This document shows positions 18,068-28,178 of a stretch of DNA of 64,000 nt, piece after piece. The stretch covers positions 15,326-79,325 of the forward strand of contig JASFHL010000002.1 in NCBI GenBank assembly GCA_050123235.1, read 5' to 3'. Source of the DNA: Candidatus Woesebacteria bacterium. Its GTDB lineage: Bacteria > Patescibacteriota > Microgenomatia > UBA1400 > PJMF01. The number at the start of each line of letters is the position of its first letter. Position 1 is the stretch's first letter. The notes under the pieces are model-generated. The model had not been told where the DNA came from. It searched no databases and was given only the letters and a program-made list of their open reading frames with translations. The position numbers and the translations under genes were made by a program.

Positions 18068-19111
18068 TTAAACCACTGCTAACCAAACTCCAAATAAAGT
18101 TAACATAATTTGTACTAACCATGCTCTTTGCACAATTTTTGGTTCTTCCCAACCATAATTTTGAAGAGTCAAATGAAAGGGTGCTGCTGGCATTAATTTT
18201 TTGCCTAAAAATTTCTTTGAAAAAAGTTGAAGAAGAGAACTAGAAATCTCAAAAACAAAAATAAAACCAATAACCACTAGAGCTAGTATTTTACCCAATA
18301 ATAAACCCACAACAGCTAGTGTAGCGCCAAAAGAGAGAGCTCCAACATCTCCCATAAAAATTCTGGCTGGGTAAACATTGAAATAAAGAAAACTAATCAA
18401 AGAACCAATCCATAAAGCAATAAAAACTGACAAAGGAACATCTAGAATAGAAGTAGATAAAATCCAAAGCCCAAACAAAGAAATCATTAAAGAACCAGAA
18501 GCTAGACCATCTAAGCCATCAGTGATATTAATAGCATTGGTAAAAGCCACGATCACAAAAGTAGCAAACGGAATATAAAGTAAACCCAGATCAAAAATTC
18601 CAATAAAAGGAATATTAAGAATCGAAATTCCTAAATTAAAATAAAGCATTAAAGAAATGATCAAAGCTAAAGCAATTTGAAAAAGAAATTTATGTTTCAT
18701 TCTCAGACCAAAAAAGCCACTTTTTTCAAAACCAAAAAACTTTTTGACATCATCATACAAACCTAAAACTGCAAATGACAAAAAAGTAAAAAAGAGAATA
18801 TTAACCTCAGCTTGGTGCTCAGAATAAACACTAGTAATTTCAATCCCAAAAAAATCAAGCACTGGTAAAATTACTGCAAACAATAAAGAAACTACCAAAA
18901 TAATTAACAAGCCTCCTCCTACTGGCACTCCTACTTTACCTTTATGAAATTTATTAAAAACCGGAGTTAGTTTACCAAAGACATCTTTTGTTTCTTGTTT
19001 CAAACGTTGAAATTTAAGAGTATACAAAGCATTGATAAAAGGAATAATAGCAATGCTGGTAATAATAAAGGAAAATATCAATAATCCTAATAATAAAGCT
19101 GAAGCGTTCAT
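18068..19111 (-). CDS. mraY: Phospho-N-acetylmuramoyl-pentapeptide transferase MraY
   Basis: 'NAINITDGLDGLA' matches the MraY signature. Polytopic. Confidence 0.9.
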   Translation of the reverse strand: MNASALLLGLLIFSFIITSIAIIPFINALYTLKFQRLKQETKDVFGKLTPVFNKFHKGKVGVPVGGGLLIILVVSLLFAVILPVLDFFGIEITSVYSEHQAEVNILFFTFLSFAVLGLYDDVKKFFGFEKSGFFGLRMKHKFLFQIALALIISLMLYFNLGISILNIPFIGIFDLGLLYIPFATFVIVAFTNAINITDGLDGLASGSLMISLFGLWILSTSILDVPLSVFIALWIGSLISFLYFNVYPARIFMGDVGALSFGATLAVVGLLLGKILALVVIGFIFVFEISSSLLQLFSKKFLGKKLMPAAPFHLTLQNYGWEEPKIVQRAWLVQIMLTLFGVWLAVV

Positions 19112-19134
19112 AAAAAATTTTTCTAATTCTAATA

Positions 19135-20475
19135 TTAAGTTCTAATAATTTTTGCTCCCATCGAAGCTAGTTTTTGATCAATCTTTTCATACCCACGATC
19201 AATTTGTTCAACATTATGCAAAACTGTTTTTCCAGAACCAACAATAGCAGCTAATAAAGTAGTAGCACCAGCTCGCAAATCATGAATTTCAAATTCACCG
19301 CCTTTAAACTTAGTCGGCCCTGTGATTCTAATAGCATGTTGATCAGTTTTTTTTCTATCCTGCCAATTAAAATTATAAATTTTTTCGGGATCAGTTATTT
19401 TTGGATTAAACAAATCAATTTTAGCTCCCATCTTTCTCAAAGTCCCAACATATTGAAAGCGATTCTGCATTACTGTTTCATGAATCGTGCTTTTCCCTTT
19501 GGCTGTACACATCAAAATAGCCCACAGCGGTTGCCAATCTGTCATAAAACCTGGATGAATTTGGGTAACTATATCAGTTCCTCTAAGAGGAGCTTTATAA
19601 AAAAATCTAATTCCATAGTCACCAATTTCAACTCCACCGCCTGCTTCATCAACTTTATCTAAAAACGATTGTAAATGATTGTATCGCGCATTTTCAATCA
19701 CAATATCGCCTTTGGTGGCCAAGGCTGCTACTGCGTAACTCACAGCTTCATTTCTGTCTGGCATCACTCGGTGGATAGCTCCTTTTAATTTTTTCACACC
19801 TTGGATTTCAATTACTCTAAAAGAGCGACGGCGAATCCTAGCCCCCATTTTATTGAGTAGATTAATTAACTCATCAATTTCTGGTTCCTCAGCTGCATTT
19901 TCTAGCACTGTTTTGCCTTTGGCCAAAACTGCAGCCATGATTAGAGTTTCAGTACCAGTATGAGTATTTTTAGCAAAACGATAACTGACTCCTCTTAACC
20001 CTTTTGTCTGAGCTTTCAGCGTTGAATTTTCCAAAGTCCACTTAACTCCCATTTTTACCAGACCTTCTAAATGCCTTTCTAATGGCCTTTTACCAATTTT
20101 ATCTCCTCCTGGAAGAGGTACTTCAGCCCTGCCAAATTTAGCTAAAAATGGCGCTAAAAATAATGTGGAAGCCCGTGAAACCTCCCCATATTTTTTAGGC
20201 ACTTGATGAGATTTTAAACCTTTAGGATCAAAAAAAATTGTTTTTTCACCTACAGTATAAGCTTTAGCCCCCAATTCATTAATAATCTTCATTACCATTC
20301 TAACATCAGCAATATCAGGTAAATTAAGAATTCTAGATTTTTCATCACCTAATAAAGTAGCAATCATCAATTTATAAGAAGCATTTTTAGCACCACCCAA
20401 GCGCACGCTACCGTAAAGTGGCGTGCCACCTGTAACTGTGAGAGTTTGTTTAGACTTTACCTGAGATTTATTCAT
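19135..20475 (-). CDS. murA: UDP-N-acetylglucosamine 1-carboxyvinyltransferase MurA
   Basis: N-terminus '[21 protein letters not shown]'. 446 aa with an EPSP-synthase fold length. Confidence 0.9.
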   Translation of the reverse strand: MNKSQVKSKQTLTVTGGTPLYGSVRLGGAKNASYKLMIATLLGDEKSRILNLPDIADVRMVMKIINELGAKAYTVGEKTIFFDPKGLKSHQVPKKYGEVSRASTLFLAPFLAKFGRAEVPLPGGDKIGKRPLERHLEGLVKMGVKWTLENSTLKAQTKGLRGVSYRFAKNTHTGTETLIMAAVLAKGKTVLENAAEEPEIDELINLLNKMGARIRRRSFRVIEIQGVKKLKGAIHRVMPDRNEAVSYAVAALATKGDIVIENARYNHLQSFLDKVDEAGGGVEIGDYGIRFFYKAPLRGTDIVTQIHPGFMTDWQPLWAILMCTAKGKSTIHETVMQNRFQYVGTLRKMGAKIDLFNPKITDPEKIYNFNWQDRKKTDQHAIRITGPTKFKGGEFEIHDLRAGATTLLAAIVGSGKTVLHNVEQIDRGYEKIDQKLASMGAKIIRT

Positions 20476-20571
20476 TTTCTATTAGCCTTTATTTAAAAAT
20501 TGTACAATAGTGCTATTAACTAGACTTATCCAATAATCACTTTAGCATCTTTTTTAGATTTATTTCAAACT

Positions 20572-21318
20572 CTAAGCTTTATCATATATATCTTCGGATA
20601 ACTCTAAAGCCTTTCTTATTGGTTCTGCAAAATAAATTTCACGCCAGGCTATATTAAAGCAATTATAATAATCGTCTACTTTATTTTTTAACCAATCTGG
20701 TAAAAGAAAATTAGGCAAATGAGCCTCAGTTTCCATCTTTTCTCTCCATTGAGGAAAAACCTGATCAAAGATAATATCAGCATTATCTGTCTCAAATTCA
20801 CTTAGATTACTGCTTCTATATAAATCCAGCATTGCTTGAAAAATATAATTAGCTTGCTCATCAGTAAGATCAGCTACTGCCTCTTTTTGGGCTGCCCCCA
20901 CCTCCATTCCATGAATAGGCTGTTCATGTCCAGAGGCCAAAGCACTGAAACTGGCTCTCATCAATTCCACAGCTCTTTCCTTAGTCCGAGTGAAAAATAA
21001 AAATTCCTTTTCTTGCCTACGTGCCATTTCTAAAAACAAATCATTAATTAAATCTGGTGCCTGAAGAGCAATTAGAGAAGCTGTGATAGCTTGCCAATGA
21101 CTTTCACTATCTTTGGATAGTGGATTGAACCTTGAAAAAAGTTCAATCAAATTATCTAATTCTTCAAATTTAGAAGGCTCAATAACACCACGATCTTGCG
21201 ACCTATTAGTCAACCACTCAACAGCATGCAGAGCATCATCTTTAGTATAAAAAAGTACTGCTAATCTTTTTTCATGATTTGCTCTTGTTCTTTCTGCCAT
21301 AAAATAACTTTCTTTCAA
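20572..21318 (-). CDS. Hypothetical cytoplasmic protein (248 aa) inserted between murA and murB
   Basis: Long ORF with no TM helix and no recognisable motif. Confidence 0.5.
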   Translation of the reverse strand: MKESYFMAERTRANHEKRLAVLFYTKDDALHAVEWLTNRSQDRGVIEPSKFEELDNLIELFSRFNPLSKDSESHWQAITASLIALQAPDLINDLFLEMARRQEKEFLFFTRTKERAVELMRASFSALASGHEQPIHGMEVGAAQKEAVADLTDEQANYIFQAMLDLYRSSNLSEFETDNADIIFDQVFPQWREKMETEAHLPNFLLPDWLKNKVDDYYNCFNIAWREIYFAEPIRKALELSEDIYDKA

Positions 21319-21324
21319 GAATTA

Positions 21325-22284
21325 CTATTTTAAATAAAAAACTTCTTCTTCTAGCTCTACTTTAAATTTCTCTTTAACTTTCTTTTTTACTTTTCTGATT
21401 AAACTTTTAATCTGAGCCGCCGTGCCATTACCTAAATTCACAAAAAAGGCTGCATGTTTGTGACTAACTTCAATATCACCTTCACGCTCGCCTTTTAAAC
21501 CAGCCTGATCAATCAAGAAACCAGCTGGAATAAACTCTTTATCAGCAAATTGAGGGAAAAGTTTTTTTAACTTTTTCGTATTAACAGGATTTCTAAAAAC
21601 ACAGCCACTGCTTGGCATACCTAAGGGCTGAGTTTCAGCACGATACAAAGTAGATTTTTTAATTAACTCTTGTGATTTTTCTTTATCCCCTTTAGCCAAA
21701 AGAAAATCAACTCGCAGAATCACTTCCTTTGATTTATGAAAACGAGAACTATCATAAGCAAAATCGCAATTCTTAGCTTCAAGCCAAAGTATTTCACCTT
21801 TTTTATTTAAAACTTCTACTTGTTTGATGTGCTCGCCAATTAAATCTGATAAATAATGGGCATTATTAAACACCGCACCACCCAAGGTTCCTGGAACACC
21901 TAAAAAATATTCAAGTCCTGTAAGACCCATGTCAACAGTTTTAGCCACCAGAGTTGACATTTTAATACCTGCATCTACTCTAATTACAGTACCCTGTTTT
22001 TCTTCTGAGATTAATTCTAACTCCTCATTTAATAAGCGTAATACCACTCCTTTTACACCCTCATCAGCCACTATGATGTTACTGGCTCCGCCAATGAGAG
22101 TGACTTTGATTTTTTCTCTAAAACAAAAGCTAAGGAAATCAATTATTTGTTCTCTGTCTTTTAACTCTAGATAAACTTCAGCCGGGCCGCCAATTTTAAA
22201 ATAAGTTTTTGGCGCTAATGATAAATCATAATTAAAATTTAAATCTGGAAATTGAGCTGATAACAGTTTCTGTAATTTCGTCAT
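21325..22284 (-). CDS. murB: UDP-N-acetylenolpyruvoylglucosamine reductase MurB
   Basis: FAD-binding N-terminus 'KTYFKIGGPAEVY' and 'TLIGGASN'. 319 aa. Confidence 0.85.
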   Translation of the reverse strand: MTKLQKLLSAQFPDLNFNYDLSLAPKTYFKIGGPAEVYLELKDREQIIDFLSFCFREKIKVTLIGGASNIIVADEGVKGVVLRLLNEELELISEEKQGTVIRVDAGIKMSTLVAKTVDMGLTGLEYFLGVPGTLGGAVFNNAHYLSDLIGEHIKQVEVLNKKGEILWLEAKNCDFAYDSSRFHKSKEVILRVDFLLAKGDKEKSQELIKKSTLYRAETQPLGMPSSGCVFRNPVNTKKLKKLFPQFADKEFIPAGFLIDQAGLKGEREGDIEVSHKHAAFFVNLGNGTAAQIKSLIRKVKKKVKEKFKVELEEEVFYLK

Positions 22285-22310
22285 TTATAATATTATAACC
22301 TATCTAGATT

Positions 22311-23033
22311 ATGTTAAATAACAATCAACAAAAACTTGATGAAAAACCATTCCTAAAAAAATTGACTAAAGATAGTAAGGGGATAATTTTAATTGACAAA
22401 CCATCTGCCTGCACCAGTCACGATATAGTAAACAAAGTTAGAAAAATAACAGGTATCAGAAGAGTAGGGCATTGTGGCACACTTGATCCGTTGGCTACTG
22501 GTTTATTAATCATCCTCATCGGAAGAGAATTTACCAAGCAACAAAACAAATTTCTCAAACTAAATAAAGAATACCTTTGTCAAGCTCAATTGGGTCTTAA
22601 AACTGATACTTATGATATTGATGGACAAGTGTTAGAAACAGCAAATTGGGAAAAAATCAATCAAATTACTCAAGATAAACTTAAGAGTATCTTAAAATCA
22701 TTTAAAGATACTCTTGAACAAAAAGTGCCTGCTTTTAGCGCTGTTAAAGTCAAGGGAAAAAAGCTTTATCAGCAGGCTAGAAAAAGTAAGGTTAAAATAG
22801 AAAATTTACCAACTAGAAAAATAAAAATCTATAATTTAGAGCTAATTGATTTAAATAAAAATAAAAAAAAGAAACAATGCCTTTTTAAGATTAAAGTTAA
22901 ATGCAGCAGTGGTACTTATATTCGCTCACTGATTAATGATATTGGTGAAAAGTTAGGCGTTGGTGCTACCGTTATCCAGTTGAGGCGAACTAAGATTGAT
23001 CAATTCAAAGTGGAGGATGCTATCAAAATTTAG
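22311..23033 (+). CDS. truB: tRNA pseudouridine(55) synthase TruB
   Basis: Catalytic motif 'GHCGTLDPLATGLL'. Confidence 0.85.
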   Translation: MLNNNQQKLDEKPFLKKLTKDSKGIILIDKPSACTSHDIVNKVRKITGIRRVGHCGTLDPLATGLLIILIGREFTKQQNKFLKLNKEYLCQAQLGLKTDTYDIDGQVLETANWEKINQITQDKLKSILKSFKDTLEQKVPAFSAVKVKGKKLYQQARKSKVKIENLPTRKIKIYNLELIDLNKNKKKKQCLFKIKVKCSSGTYIRSLINDIGEKLGVGATVIQLRRTKIDQFKVEDAIKI

Positions 23034-23034
23034 C

Positions 23035-23613
23035 TTAATAGCTTGCTGCTTCAATTACACCAACTACAGAGCTAGGCCAATATCGAAAAAAAGCTCTGCC
23101 TACAATATTTGAACGAGGCACTGGTCCCCAAGACCTACTGTCACTTGAATAAGGCCTGTTATCACCCACACAAAAATACTCATCTGGTCCAATGGTGATT
23201 TTTCTGCCTTTAGTAAATGGTCCTGCTAATGTTTGAAAATCTGCTGGAATGTAGCTTTCTTTTAGAGCTTGGCCATTAACAATAATACTATTATCTCTAA
23301 CTTCAACAATATCTCCAGGTACAGCCAAAACTCTCTTAATAAAATCACAACCTGTACCTTTAGGACAATGTGCTTCAGCAGGAGCATGAAAAACAACTAT
23401 CTCACCTCGTTGCGGGTCTCTAAATCTATAAGTGATTTTATCAGTCAAAACATATTCACCACTCTGAAAGTTGGGCACCATTGATTGGCCATTTACTTGA
23501 TGTGGTTGGATAAAAAATAAATAAACAATTAAAAAGATTGATAAAGCAATCACAATTGTCTCCATGAAATCTAAAAAAAATCTAGCAATTCTTCTTAAAA
23601 TTTTGTTTACCAT
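23035..23613 (-). CDS. lepB: Signal peptidase I
   Basis: Box B 'GQSMVPNF' and box E 'GDNRPYSSDSR'. N-terminal TM helix. Confidence 0.85.
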   Translation of the reverse strand: MVNKILRRIARFFLDFMETIVIALSIFLIVYLFFIQPHQVNGQSMVPNFQSGEYVLTDKITYRFRDPQRGEIVVFHAPAEAHCPKGTGCDFIKRVLAVPGDIVEVRDNSIIVNGQALKESYIPADFQTLAGPFTKGRKITIGPDEYFCVGDNRPYSSDSRSWGPVPRSNIVGRAFFRYWPSSVVGVIEAASY

Positions 23614-23732
23614 TGAGCTATATGTTACTCTCTTCTTCTAAAAAAAAGCAAGACTAATTACAGACTAAAACTATCTAAGTAAAAATTTAAATTATTAAAG
23701 TTATTAAAGAGAAAAAATAAAAAGAGCTAAAA

Positions 23733-25016
23733 TTGGCCAAATGTATTACAATTATTTCAGGATTTATCTTTATGATTGAGCTTAAAACTATGGACATAGC
23801 TTACACTAAAAAAGCAATAGCTGGCTTTAGTTGGCAAAGCTTACTAAAAATCTGCATTAATTTAAGTACTGCTTTTAAAATTTTCATCCTTGCTCGAATA
23901 CTTAGCCCCAATGACTTTGGTCTTTTCTCTTTAACAGTAATTGCTTTAGGCATTAGTGAATCTATTACTCAAACCGGTATTAACCTAACTATCATTCAAT
24001 CAAAGCATTCTGTTAAATATTTTTTAAATACTGCCTGGGTGATTGCTATTATTAGAGGATTTTTAATTGCTGTGATCATGGTTTCTCTTGGTATTTTATT
24101 AAGTAAATATTTTGAAAAAGCAGAATTAATGTTACTGATTTCTTTGGCAGCCTTAGTGCCTATTATTAAAGGTTTTATTAACCCAGCCATTGTCAGCCTG
24201 CACAAAAACATGCTTTTTTACCAAGATAGTCTTTATCGTTTATCTTTAAACATAGCTGAAGTTTGCTTTGCTATTGCTTTGAGCCTGCTGCTTAGATCTG
24301 CTTATGCACTAGTTTATGCTCTAATTTGTACCGCTCTATTTGAACTTTGTATTTCTTTTATTTTTTTAAAAGATAAGCCTGTGTTTGAATATTTACCATC
24401 TAGAGCTAAAGTCATTTTTGCCAATACCAAGTGGCTCAGCTTGGCTACAGTTCTCAATTATTTAAATGAAAATTTAGATGATTTCATAATTGGTAAAATC
24501 ATTGGCACCTATGGGTTGGGTATTTATCACAATGCTTATAGTTTAAGTCACAAAGTAAATTATGAAATTGCAAAATCTGTTCATCATGCTAGTATCCCTA
24601 TCTATACTAAAATAGTACATAATCATGAAAGACTTAAAAGAGCTTTTAAAAAAACCTTTACTGTAACTGCTCTAATCACTCTCTTATTATCTTTACCTTT
24701 ATTTCTTTTTCCTAAATTAACCATTACTTTGTTACTTGGCAATCAATGGCTCGATGCTATTCCCTTAGTACGTCCGTTAATTTTGGCCGGATTAGTGCAA
24801 AGTTTGGTGATGGCTAGTTATACTTTATTTTTGGCTAAAAAAAAGTATCAGGTCATGAATAAACATCTTTTTATATCCCTAATGCTAATGTTTGTCTTAA
24901 TGACTATTTTAAGCAAAAAATATGCTTTAACAGGAGCAGTAACTGGCTTGCTTTTTGCTAGAATAATTGCCATGCCTGTGGTAATGAAAGAATTAATAAA
25001 TGAAACAAAAGGATAA
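23733..25016 (+). CDS. Polysaccharide biosynthesis/oligosaccharide flippase (Wzx/MOP family)
   Basis: Polytopic, with a Wzx-type N-terminus ('ILARILSPNDFGLF'). The true start is probably Met20, at position 23790. Confidence 0.6.
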   Translation: MAKCITIISGFIFMIELKTMDIAYTKKAIAGFSWQSLLKICINLSTAFKIFILARILSPNDFGLFSLTVIALGISESITQTGINLTIIQSKHSVKYFLNTAWVIAIIRGFLIAVIMVSLGILLSKYFEKAELMLLISLAALVPIIKGFINPAIVSLHKNMLFYQDSLYRLSLNIAEVCFAIALSLLLRSAYALVYALICTALFELCISFIFLKDKPVFEYLPSRAKVIFANTKWLSLATVLNYLNENLDDFIIGKIIGTYGLGIYHNAYSLSHKVNYEIAKSVHHASIPIYTKIVHNHERLKRAFKKTFTVTALITLLLSLPLFLFPKLTITLLLGNQWLDAIPLVRPLILAGLVQSLVMASYTLFLAKKKYQVMNKHLFISLMLMFVLMTILSKKYALTGAVTGLLFARIIAMPVVMKELINETKG

Positions 25017-25773
25017 AAACTTATTAGCAGTAACTATAATTATTTTTAGTCATCGTGCTGATAAACGATTTAAGCAAGCTTTAAAATCAAGTCAATTTGC
25101 CAAAGAAATATTAGTTTTTGATTATCAAAGCCAAAATAATTGGACAGAACTTAAAAAAAATTTTCACTTTAAACTAATTAATAAAGATAAAAAAATTAGT
25201 AATTTTGCCAAAGCTAGGAATCAAGCTTTATTAAAAAGCAAATTCGATTGGGTCTTTTTTTTAGACAGTGATGAAATAATCGAGAGTGATTCAATTAATC
25301 AAATTAGGAAAATAATTAAAAACAATGATTACAATGCTGCTTCTATAATTAGAAAAGATTATTTTCATAATCAAGAATTGAAATGGGGGGAAACAGCTAA
25401 TAAACGAAGTGTTCGTTTACTTAAAAAATATAAAGTCCAATTTAAACGATCTGTCCATGAGGTAGCTAAAATAAAAGGTAAAATTAAAAAAAGCAAGATT
25501 GTTTTACATCACCATGCACATAACGACGTTAGCGAATTTCTCAACAAAATCAACTTTTACTCACAACTAGAAGCTGAGTTTCGACAACTCAGCAAAGTTC
25601 AATCAAAGTTAAAAATAATATTAGAGATGCTTTTTTACCCTTCAGCTAAATTTATACTCAACTATTTTCTAAAACTAGGAATTCTAGACGGTTTTAGAGG
25701 TTTAATTTATGCTATGCTGATGAGCATTCATTCTTTAAATATTAGAGTTATGCTTTATGAAAAAAATACTTAA
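25000..25773 (+). CDS. Family 2 glycosyltransferase
   Basis: GT-A N-terminus 'AVTIIIFSHR' and DXD motif 'FFLDSDE'. Confidence 0.7.
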   Translation: MKQKDKNLLAVTIIIFSHRADKRFKQALKSSQFAKEILVFDYQSQNNWTELKKNFHFKLINKDKKISNFAKARNQALLKSKFDWVFFLDSDEIIESDSINQIRKIIKNNDYNAASIIRKDYFHNQELKWGETANKRSVRLLKKYKVQFKRSVHEVAKIKGKIKKSKIVLHHHAHNDVSEFLNKINFYSQLEAEFRQLSKVQSKLKIILEMLFYPSAKFILNYFLKLGILDGFRGLIYAMLMSIHSLNIRVMLYEKNT

Positions 25774-27064
25774 AATGGAATTATTTTTTTTCATTGTTTT
25801 TTTATCACTTTTTAGTTTGGGACAATTACAACGTATAGAATTAGGGCAAAAAATTGTTTTTTACTTTCATGATTTACTTATTTTTATCTGGTTATTATTG
25901 GTTTTTTTCTTTAAACAAAAACAATTAAAGACAGTAATCCAAAAATTAAAACTAAAAAATATTAAACTTGAATTATTGTTAATTTTTTGGATTATCATTG
26001 GCTTAAGTTTTAATTTTCTTAAAAATGGGCTTTATCTAATACCTTTACTTTATTTAATCAGATTGAGTTTCTATTTATCTTTTGCTTTCAATTTATCACT
26101 AATAAACAAGCAGTTTCAAAAAAACAAATACTTCAATCAATTAAATTTAACTAGATTTTTATGGGTAATGGCTGGTTTGTTTGTTTTATTTTTTGGTTTG
26201 CTCCAATATATCTTTTTACCTGATACTAGATTTCTATTTATCTTAGGCTGGGATGACCACTATTATCGTTTAATTAGTACTATTCTTGACCCTGCTTTTA
26301 CTGGTCTTTTATTTATTTTTACTCTAATTTATTTACAATCTCTACAGATAAAGAATAAAGATAAGTTTTTAATAGATCTCTACCTACCTAGCACTAGTTC
26401 ATTAGATCAATGTCTTAAGAAAATTAAAATTAATTTTGTCTCAGTATTAAAAATTTTTGCTAGTTTATTGCTAATACTTGCTGTTCTTCTTACTTACTCA
26501 CGCTCTTCTTATTTAAGTTTATTCATTGCTTTGATATTAATGACCTTTAAAAAAATAAAACAAAGGCAAATAAATAAAAATTCAATAATCACACTACTTG
26601 CTTATTTATTTATCAGCATTACAGCAATTCCTCTATTACCTAGACCTTCAGGTGAAGGGGTAAAGCTTGAACGCAGCAGTAGCATTGAAGCTAGAATTAT
26701 TGATAATCAAAGCTACTTAAACTCACTTCAATCAATTGAATACCTTATTGGCAAAGGCATTTTTAGCCAAAATAGAACAAAGCTCATGGACGCTCAAACA
26801 GCAATTCCTCAACATGCCAAAGTACCAGGAAATTTAATTGTTTTCTTTTTATATTACACAGGAATTGTTGGTTTAATTATTTTTATTAGCTTATTGATTA
26901 AATGGGGAAAGATTCTAATTAAAACAGATTACTATATTTTTGCCAGCTTTATTGCTCTCTTGACCCATAGTTTATTTAACAATAGTTTTTTTCAAATATT
27001 CATTTTACTAATGTTTTTGGGAGGCGTAGTTAGTATAAAAAAATCCAAAAATATTAAAATTTGA
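25757..27064 (+). CDS. O-antigen ligase/polymerase-like (Wzy_C) membrane protein
   Basis: Polytopic. The 'LLTYSRSSYLSLFIALIL' motif is typical of O-antigen ligase domains. Confidence 0.55.
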   Translation: MKKILKMELFFFIVFLSLFSLGQLQRIELGQKIVFYFHDLLIFIWLLLVFFFKQKQLKTVIQKLKLKNIKLELLLIFWIIIGLSFNFLKNGLYLIPLLYLIRLSFYLSFAFNLSLINKQFQKNKYFNQLNLTRFLWVMAGLFVLFFGLLQYIFLPDTRFLFILGWDDHYYRLISTILDPAFTGLLFIFTLIYLQSLQIKNKDKFLIDLYLPSTSSLDQCLKKIKINFVSVLKIFASLLLILAVLLTYSRSSYLSLFIALILMTFKKIKQRQINKNSIITLLAYLFISITAIPLLPRPSGEGVKLERSSSIEARIIDNQSYLNSLQSIEYLIGKGIFSQNRTKLMDAQTAIPQHAKVPGNLIVFFLYYTGIVGLIIFISLLIKWGKILIKTDYYIFASFIALLTHSLFNNSFFQIFILLMFLGGVVSIKKSKNIKI

Positions 27065-27803
27065 AAAAAACAGTAATCACTACCTTGCTTTTATTACTAG
27101 CTTGATCTATAGCTTCAATCTCCAACTTATTTTCACCTTCCTTTAGTTGATAGGTAGTTTTAAAACTACCATCACTCTTAGCATAAACCACTCTGCCATT
27201 GATATATACCTTAGCCTTTGATTCTGTTTTACCTTTAATTTCAACTAATTGATTTTTCTTCAATTCAATTTGAGCTCCATCTTGTGGATTCTCTAATTCA
27301 ATTTTTGGTTCTTCATTGTCCATCAAAATATTGTATGTTCTTGTTTTAACTGATTCATTGCCAGCAGCGTCAATTCCATACAAAAGTAACTCGTTGTCAC
27401 CTGATTTCAAATTTAGTCTGTAATCAAAATTACCCTCTTCATTTACTTGCACATGATCCAATTCTTGATTATTTAGTACAAAGACAACCTCACTATCAGC
27501 TTCTGCATAACCACTTAAATCAATACTAGCACTGTAAGTGGCAGAGACTGGCGCTTCAATCACAGGCACCTGTGGTGGAATTTGATCACCTAGGTCAATA
27601 TTGTTACCCTTATCTATGATCTTAAAAAACAATTTTATTACAGCAGGCATCACTACTAATAGAAAAATAATTAAAATGGCTAATGATAAAACAGCAAAAA
27701 TTAGAGTTTGTTGAGTTAATTTTTTTTGCTCTTTTTTAGCTAGTCTGGAGGAAACAGTTCTTTTACTTCTCTTTCCTGGATAATAAATATTACTATTTTT
27801 CAT
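27054..27803 (-). CDS. Membrane-anchored protein with Ig-like (Big-type) repeats
   Basis: N-terminal TM helix, then two repeated beta-rich modules ('GNFDYRLNLKSGDNELLLYGIDAAGNES' and 'DGSFKTTYQLKEGENKLEIEAIDQASNKS'). Confidence 0.5.
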   Translation of the reverse strand: MKNSNIYYPGKRSKRTVSSRLAKKEQKKLTQQTLIFAVLSLAILIIFLLVVMPAVIKLFFKIIDKGNNIDLGDQIPPQVPVIEAPVSATYSASIDLSGYAEADSEVVFVLNNQELDHVQVNEEGNFDYRLNLKSGDNELLLYGIDAAGNESVKTRTYNILMDNEEPKIELENPQDGAQIELKKNQLVEIKGKTESKAKVYINGRVVYAKSDGSFKTTYQLKEGENKLEIEAIDQASNKSKVVITVFFKF

Positions 27804-27893
27804 AATGATCTTATTCTATCAAGGTTCTAGTATTTTTTAAAATTTAAAGCTTTATCTAAACTAATTCTTAAATTAGCTTAGGCTAATCCTCTG

Positions 27894-27966
27894 AGCCTGT
27901 GATCGGATTCGAACCGATGACCTACGGTTTACGATACCGTTGCTCTACCAACTGAGCTACACAGGC
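27894..27966 (-). tRNA. tRNA-Thr (anticodon CGT)
   Basis: Manual cloverleaf fold: acceptor GCCTGTG/CACAGGC, anticodon loop AUCGUAA, T-loop TTCGAAT. No encoded CCA. Confidence 0.85.
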
Positions 27967-28020
27967 AAAGATAATCTTAATCTCATCTTAAGTTTATCTT
28001 TTATCGAAAAAATAAAAATG

Positions 28021-28091
28021 AGCGGGTGAAGGGAGTTGAACCCTCGCCTCAACCTTGGGAAGGTAGCATTCTACCGCTGAACTACACCCGC
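28021..28091 (-). tRNA. tRNA-Gly (anticodon CCC)
   Basis: Manual fold: acceptor GCGGGTG/CACCCGC, anticodon loop UUCCCAA, T-loop TTCAACT. There is one U-U mismatch in the anticodon stem. Confidence 0.8.
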
Positions 28092-28178
28092 TTCTACTTG
28101 AACTCAATTATAACCTTAAACTTTGAATTTAATAGAGATGGATATTAAAATAGTGAAGTAAATATCTTTTATGAATTA

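Noticed and set aside
27894-28091. Possible integration hotspot or island at the tRNA-Thr/tRNA-Gly pair
   Set aside because: No integrase, direct repeat of a tRNA 3' end, or compositional shift is visible nearby. The flanks are ordinary envelope genes.
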